A stretch of 64,000 bases of DNA from Acidiferrobacteraceae bacterium (GTDB lineage Bacteria; Pseudomonadota; Gammaproteobacteria; Acidiferrobacterales; JAJDNE01), in assembly GCA_037388825.1 (NCBI GenBank), contig JARRJV010000025.1, positions 21,031 through 85,030 on the forward strand, read 5' to 3'. This document shows, one piece after another, positions 60,288-64,000 of this stretch. Positions within the stretch are counted from its first letter, which is position 1; each line of letters opens with the position of its first letter. A program made the position numbers and the translations under genes. Under the pieces are notes generated by a model that saw only the letters and a program-made list of their open reading frames with translations, was not told the DNA's origin and did no database searches.

Positions 60288-61480
60288 GCAAGGCACTTCC
60301 GGATGAACGCGGTCACTTTGGCGTCTATGGCGGCATGTTCGTCGCCGAGACGCTGATGCAGCCCTTGGCGGAACTTCGTGCCGCCTACGAGAAAAATCGT
60401 GCTGATCCTGAGTTTCTCGGCGACCTGGAGCGAGACCTGAGTCTGTTCGTGGGCAGGCCGTCGCCGCTGTATCCCGCCGAGCGCTGGAGCGAGACGCTGG
60501 GCGGAGCCAGAATCTACCTCAAGCGTGAAGACCTGAACCACACCGGTGCGCACAAGATCAACAACACGGTGGGCCAGGCACTGCTGGCCAGGCGCATGGG
60601 CAAAACGCGCGTGATCGCCGAAACCGGGGCCGGGCAGCACGGCGTGGCCACGGCAACCGTGGCCGCCCGTTTCGGCCTGAAGTGTGTGGTCTATATGGGC
60701 AGCGAGGACATCAAGCGTCAGGCGATCAACGTCTACCGCATGCGGCTTCTGGGTGCGGAGGTGGTGCCGGTGACGTCCGGTTCCAGGACCCTCAAGGACG
60801 CGATGAACGAAGCCATGCGTGACTGGGTGACTCATGTGGACGATACCTTTTATATAATCGGCACCGTCGCCGGGCCTCATCCCTATCCGGTTATGGTGCG
60901 CGATTTCCAGACTGTGATCGGCCGCGAGGCGCGTGAGCAGATCCTGGCCGCCGAGGGCCGTCTGCCCGATGCCCTGGTGGCCTGTGTCGGTGGCGGTTCC
61001 AATGCCATCGGGCTGTTCTATCCTTTTCTGGAAGACAAATCGGTTCGCCTGATTGGTGTCGAGGCGGCCGGCGAGGGGATCGCAACGGGCCACCATGCGG
61101 CACCCCTGTGCGCGGGGAGGCCCGGAGTGCTGCACGGGAATCGTACCTATCTTATGGAAACCGACGACGGACAAATCATCGAGACCCATTCCATTTCCGC
61201 CGGACTGGATTATCCCGGCGTCGGTCCGGAGCATGCCTGGCTCAAGGATTCCGGGCGAGCGGAGTACGTATCCATCGAGGACGACGAGGCGCTGGCGGCA
61301 TTCCACGAGCTGACGCGTACCGAGGGCATCATGCCGGCGCTGGAATCCAGTCATGCCCTGGCCCACGCAAGCAAGATCGCCCCGGAACTCGGTCGCGACG
61401 CGATCATTATCGTCAATTTGTCCGGGCGCGGGGACAAGGATGTGCACACCGTGGCCGAACGCGAAGGGATCCGCTTCTGA
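60284..61480 (+). CDS. trpB: tryptophan synthase beta chain
   Basis: 398 aa. The PLP lysine motif HTGAHKINN and GGGSNAIG are present. Confidence 0.95.
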   Translation: MSKALPDERGHFGVYGGMFVAETLMQPLAELRAAYEKNRADPEFLGDLERDLSLFVGRPSPLYPAERWSETLGGARIYLKREDLNHTGAHKINNTVGQALLARRMGKTRVIAETGAGQHGVATATVAARFGLKCVVYMGSEDIKRQAINVYRMRLLGAEVVPVTSGSRTLKDAMNEAMRDWVTHVDDTFYIIGTVAGPHPYPVMVRDFQTVIGREAREQILAAEGRLPDALVACVGGGSNAIGLFYPFLEDKSVRLIGVEAAGEGIATGHHAAPLCAGRPGVLHGNRTYLMETDDGQIIETHSISAGLDYPGVGPEHAWLKDSGRAEYVSIEDDEALAAFHELTRTEGIMPALESSHALAHASKIAPELGRDAIIIVNLSGRGDKDVHTVAEREGIRF

Positions 61481-62298
61481 TGTCTCGCCTGGAAAAACGC
61501 TTTTCCGAACTGCGGCGGGATGGTCGCACCGCGCTGATTCCGTTTGTCACGGCCGGTGATCCCGAGCCCTCGATCACGGTACCGCTGATGCATGCCCTGG
61601 TCTCGGCAGGTGCCGACGTGCTTGAGCTCGGTGTACCCTTTTCTGATCCCATGGCCGAGGGCCCGGCCATCCAGCACGCCTGCGAGCGTGCTCTGGTCCA
61701 TGATGTCAGTCTGCACAATGTCATCGACATGGTCCGCGAATTCCGTCAGCAGGACGGCGACACGCCCGTGGTCCTGATGGGGTATCTGAATCCGGTGGAA
61801 GTTATGGGATGTGAGGCGTTCGCCAGTGCCGCGGCCGATGCCGGGGTCGACGGTGTAATCACCGTGGACCTGCCGCCGGAAGAGGCCGGCGACTACGTGG
61901 CCGCGTTTCGCAAGAGCGGGCTGGACCCGATCTTCCTGCTTGCACCCACCAGCACCGAGGAGCGTGTCCGCAAGGTCGCGGACGTGGCCAGCGGATTCAT
62001 CTATTATGTATCCCTGCGAGGCGTAACCGGCGCCGCCCATATCGATACCGACGAAGTGAAATCCAGGCTGGACGTGATCAGAAAACACACTGCACTCCCG
62101 ATTGGAGTCGGATTTGGCATCAAGAGTCCGGACATTGCCGCGCGTGTGGCGACGGTTGCCGATGCCGTTGTGGTCGGCAGCGCGCTGGTGAGCCGGATCG
62201 GGGAATTGGCGGATCAACCCGATGCCATCCTCAAGGACGTGCCGGCCTTTCTCGCCAGTCTGCGTGAGGCCGTCGACACGGCGGAGGCGGCCGCGTGA
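61480..62298 (+). CDS. trpA: tryptophan synthase alpha chain
   Basis: The ATG at 61480 overlaps the trpB stop (TGATG). ...IPFVTAGDP...[14 protein letters not shown] is present. The track ORF from 61108 is an extension. Confidence 0.93.
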   Translation: MSRLEKRFSELRRDGRTALIPFVTAGDPEPSITVPLMHALVSAGADVLELGVPFSDPMAEGPAIQHACERALVHDVSLHNVIDMVREFRQQDGDTPVVLMGYLNPVEVMGCEAFASAAADAGVDGVITVDLPPEEAGDYVAAFRKSGLDPIFLLAPTSTEERVRKVADVASGFIYYVSLRGVTGAAHIDTDEVKSRLDVIRKHTALPIGVGFGIKSPDIAARVATVADAVVVGSALVSRIGELADQPDAILKDVPAFLASLREAVDTAEAAA

Positions 62299-63215
62299 GT
62301 TGGTTCGACAAACTTTTGCCGCCCAAGATCAAAAGCCGCGGTACCAAGAAATCCATTCCCGAAGGGTTGTGGAAGAAATGCCCTTCGTGCTCGGCCGTGC
62401 TCTATTGCGTCGAGATCGAGAACAACATGGATGTCTGCCCCAAGTGCAACCATCACATGCGCATCGGCGCACGTCGTCGCCTGGATCTCTTTCTCGATCC
62501 GGAGCCGAGGAGGGAAATCGGCGAGGCCCTGCGGCCGCTGGATGTGCTGAAATTCAAGGACAGCCGGAAGTACAAGGACCGGCTCTCTGACGCGGAGAAG
62601 AATACCGGAGAACATGACGCTCTCGTAGTGATGGAAGGCGCCGTCAAGGGCGTACCACTGGTGGCGGGTGCGTTTGAATTCGCGTTCATGGGCGGGTCCA
62701 TGGGTTCGGTAGTCGGAGAACGATTCGTCCGTGCCGTCGATACGGCCCTGCAGCGGGAGATTCCGCTCGTCTGTTTCGCCGCAAGCGGCGGGGCACGCAT
62801 GCAGGAGGCACTGTTGTCCCTGATGCAGATGTCCAAGACCTCCGCCGCACTGACACGCCTCGGCGCCGCCGGCATCCCGTTTGTATCGGTGCTGACCGAT
62901 CCCACCATGGGTGGCGTATCTGCCAGCTTCGCCATGCTTGGCGATGTGATCGTCGCCGAACCCGGTGCGCTGATCGGATTTGCCGGCCCGCGGGTCATCG
63001 AACAGACCGTACGTGAGACCCTGCCGGAGGGATTTCAGCGGTCGGAATTTCTGCTCGAACACGGCGCCATCGACATGATCGTGGATCGGCGTGAGATCCG
63101 CGACCGCCTCGCCAGCCTGTTGCCCATCCTGATGACCGATCGGGTCAGCGCGGTGAAATCGACTCCGCCACCCGTTCCTCCTTCCCCCGAACCCCCGGTT
63201 GACGAACAACCCTGA
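62295..63215 (+). CDS. accD: acetyl-CoA carboxylase carboxyltransferase beta subunit
   Basis: 306 aa. N-terminal zinc ribbon CPSC...CPKC, plus the crotonase-type core. Confidence 0.93.
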   Translation: MSWFDKLLPPKIKSRGTKKSIPEGLWKKCPSCSAVLYCVEIENNMDVCPKCNHHMRIGARRRLDLFLDPEPRREIGEALRPLDVLKFKDSRKYKDRLSDAEKNTGEHDALVVMEGAVKGVPLVAGAFEFAFMGGSMGSVVGERFVRAVDTALQREIPLVCFAASGGARMQEALLSLMQMSKTSAALTRLGAAGIPFVSVLTDPTMGGVSASFAMLGDVIVAEPGALIGFAGPRVIEQTVRETLPEGFQRSEFLLEHGAIDMIVDRREIRDRLASLLPILMTDRVSAVKSTPPPVPPSPEPPVDEQP

Positions 63216-64000
63216 GCGCGACCACTCTCGCTGACTGGCTCGAGCGCATCGAGCGGCTGCATCCCCGAGAGATCGAGCTCGGACTGGATCGCGCGCGTGA
63301 AGTGTGGCGGCGACATCACGACGATTTGCTTCCATTTCCCGTGATTGTGGTTGCGGGTACCAACGGCAAGGGTTCGGTTGCAGCGATGCTGGAGGCCATC
63401 TACCGCGCTGCCGGCTACCGGACTGCGTGCTACACCTCGCCGCACCTGGTGCGCTACAACGAACGCGTGCGCATCAACGGGCAGGAATGTACGGACGAAC
63501 AGTTGTGCCAGGCTTTTGAGCGGGTGGAACGTAGCCGGGGAGACACACCGCTGACCTATTTCGAATTTGGCACCCTGGCGGCGCTCCATCTTTTTGTCGA
63601 CGCGGCCGTCGACGTTGCCATTCTTGAGGTCGGACTCGGGGGTCGCCTGGACGTGGTGAATATCTTCGATGCCGATGTGGCGATCGTTACCACCATCGGC
63701 GTGGACCATTCCGACTGGCTGGGTCCGGATCGCGAGAGCATCGGGCGGGAGAAGGCCGGTATCTTTCGCGCAGGTCGGGCGGCGATCTGTGGCGATCCCG
63801 AACCGCCGCGATCCGTCGGCGAGGAGGCCGGGCGCATTGGCGCACGCTATCTGCGTTTGCGCCACGACTTCGATTATGTGTGCGAAGGGAATGGCTGTAC
63901 CTGGCGCGGCCCCGGGAAACAGCGCTCGGCTCTGCCGCGTCCCGTGCTCCCGGGACCGCACCAGTTGCGGAATGCCGCCTGTGCGCTAATGGCGGTGGCC
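63212..64000 (+). CDS. folC: bifunctional folylpolyglutamate synthase / dihydrofolate synthase (5' part, runs off window)
   Basis: The frame is open from 63203 to the window end and is not in the ORF track because it has no stop. ...[22 protein letters not shown]...[10 protein letters not shown]...YTSPHL... is present. The only start-like codon upstream of the conserved N-terminus is CTG at 63212, overlapping the accD stop. The start is uncertain. Confidence 0.8.
   Translation, partial: MSATTLADWLERIERLHPREIELGLDRAREVWRRHHDDLLPFPVIVVAGTNGKGSVAAMLEAIYRAAGYRTACYTSPHLVRYNERVRINGQECTDEQLCQAFERVERSRGDTPLTYFEFGTLAALHLFVDAAVDVAILEVGLGGRLDVVNIFDADVAIVTTIGVDHSDWLGPDRESIGREKAGIFRAGRAAICGDPEPPRSVGEEAGRIGARYLRLRHDFDYVCEGNGCTWRGPGKQRSALPRPVLPGPHQLRNAACALMAVA

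Overview
High-GC gammaproteobacterial core chromosome with Pseudomonas-like gene order. No transposase, integrase, CRISPR array, tRNA or rRNA gene was seen. In order, the window holds:
- hisI(3' end)-hisE and tatABC
- a periplasmic DUF255 thioredoxin-domain protein and an AlgW/DegS-type protease
- petABC (cytochrome bc1) and sspAB
- a small accessory patch: a FecR-like protein, a macro-domain deacetylase, an outer-membrane barrel and a GlcD-like oxidase
- hldC-diaA/gmhA-yraN-lpoA, divergent from rsmI
- RNase P RNA (rnpB)
- the full dcw cluster: mraZ-rsmH-ftsL-ftsI-murE-murF-mraY-murD-ftsW-murG-murC-murB-ddl-ftsQ-ftsA-ftsZ
- lpxC, an M23 peptidase, a secreted TPR/beta-propeller protein, secA, argJ, a MutT-ThiE-like fusion, and coaE-pilD-pilC-pilB
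- a rubrerythrin / CCG Fe-S protein / EncFtn-like ferritin / DUF3501 operon
- parE-parC, an lpxR-like gene, DUF465, a DsrE-like gene, truA, trpFBA, accD and folC (5' part)

Most ORF-track entries on the opposite strand of these genes are GC-driven shadow ORFs.

Strongest anomalies:
1. ddl, alone in an otherwise intact and translationally coupled dcw operon, has its central ~85-90 codons replaced by a ~266-nt AT-rich segment (~36% GC by hand count). The segment has stops in every frame, and the two ddl halves are out of frame.
2. parC lacks the conserved N-terminal ~35-50 residues. It is preceded by an out-of-frame Lys-rich mini-ORF.
3. A four-gene rubrerythrin/Fe-S/EncFtn-like/DUF3501 operon includes an encapsulated-ferritin homologue, but there is no encapsulin shell gene and no cargo-targeting tail.

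I cannot tell from sequence alone whether 1 and 2 are biology or assembly artefacts. No database search was possible. All family calls rest on recognised motifs and synteny.
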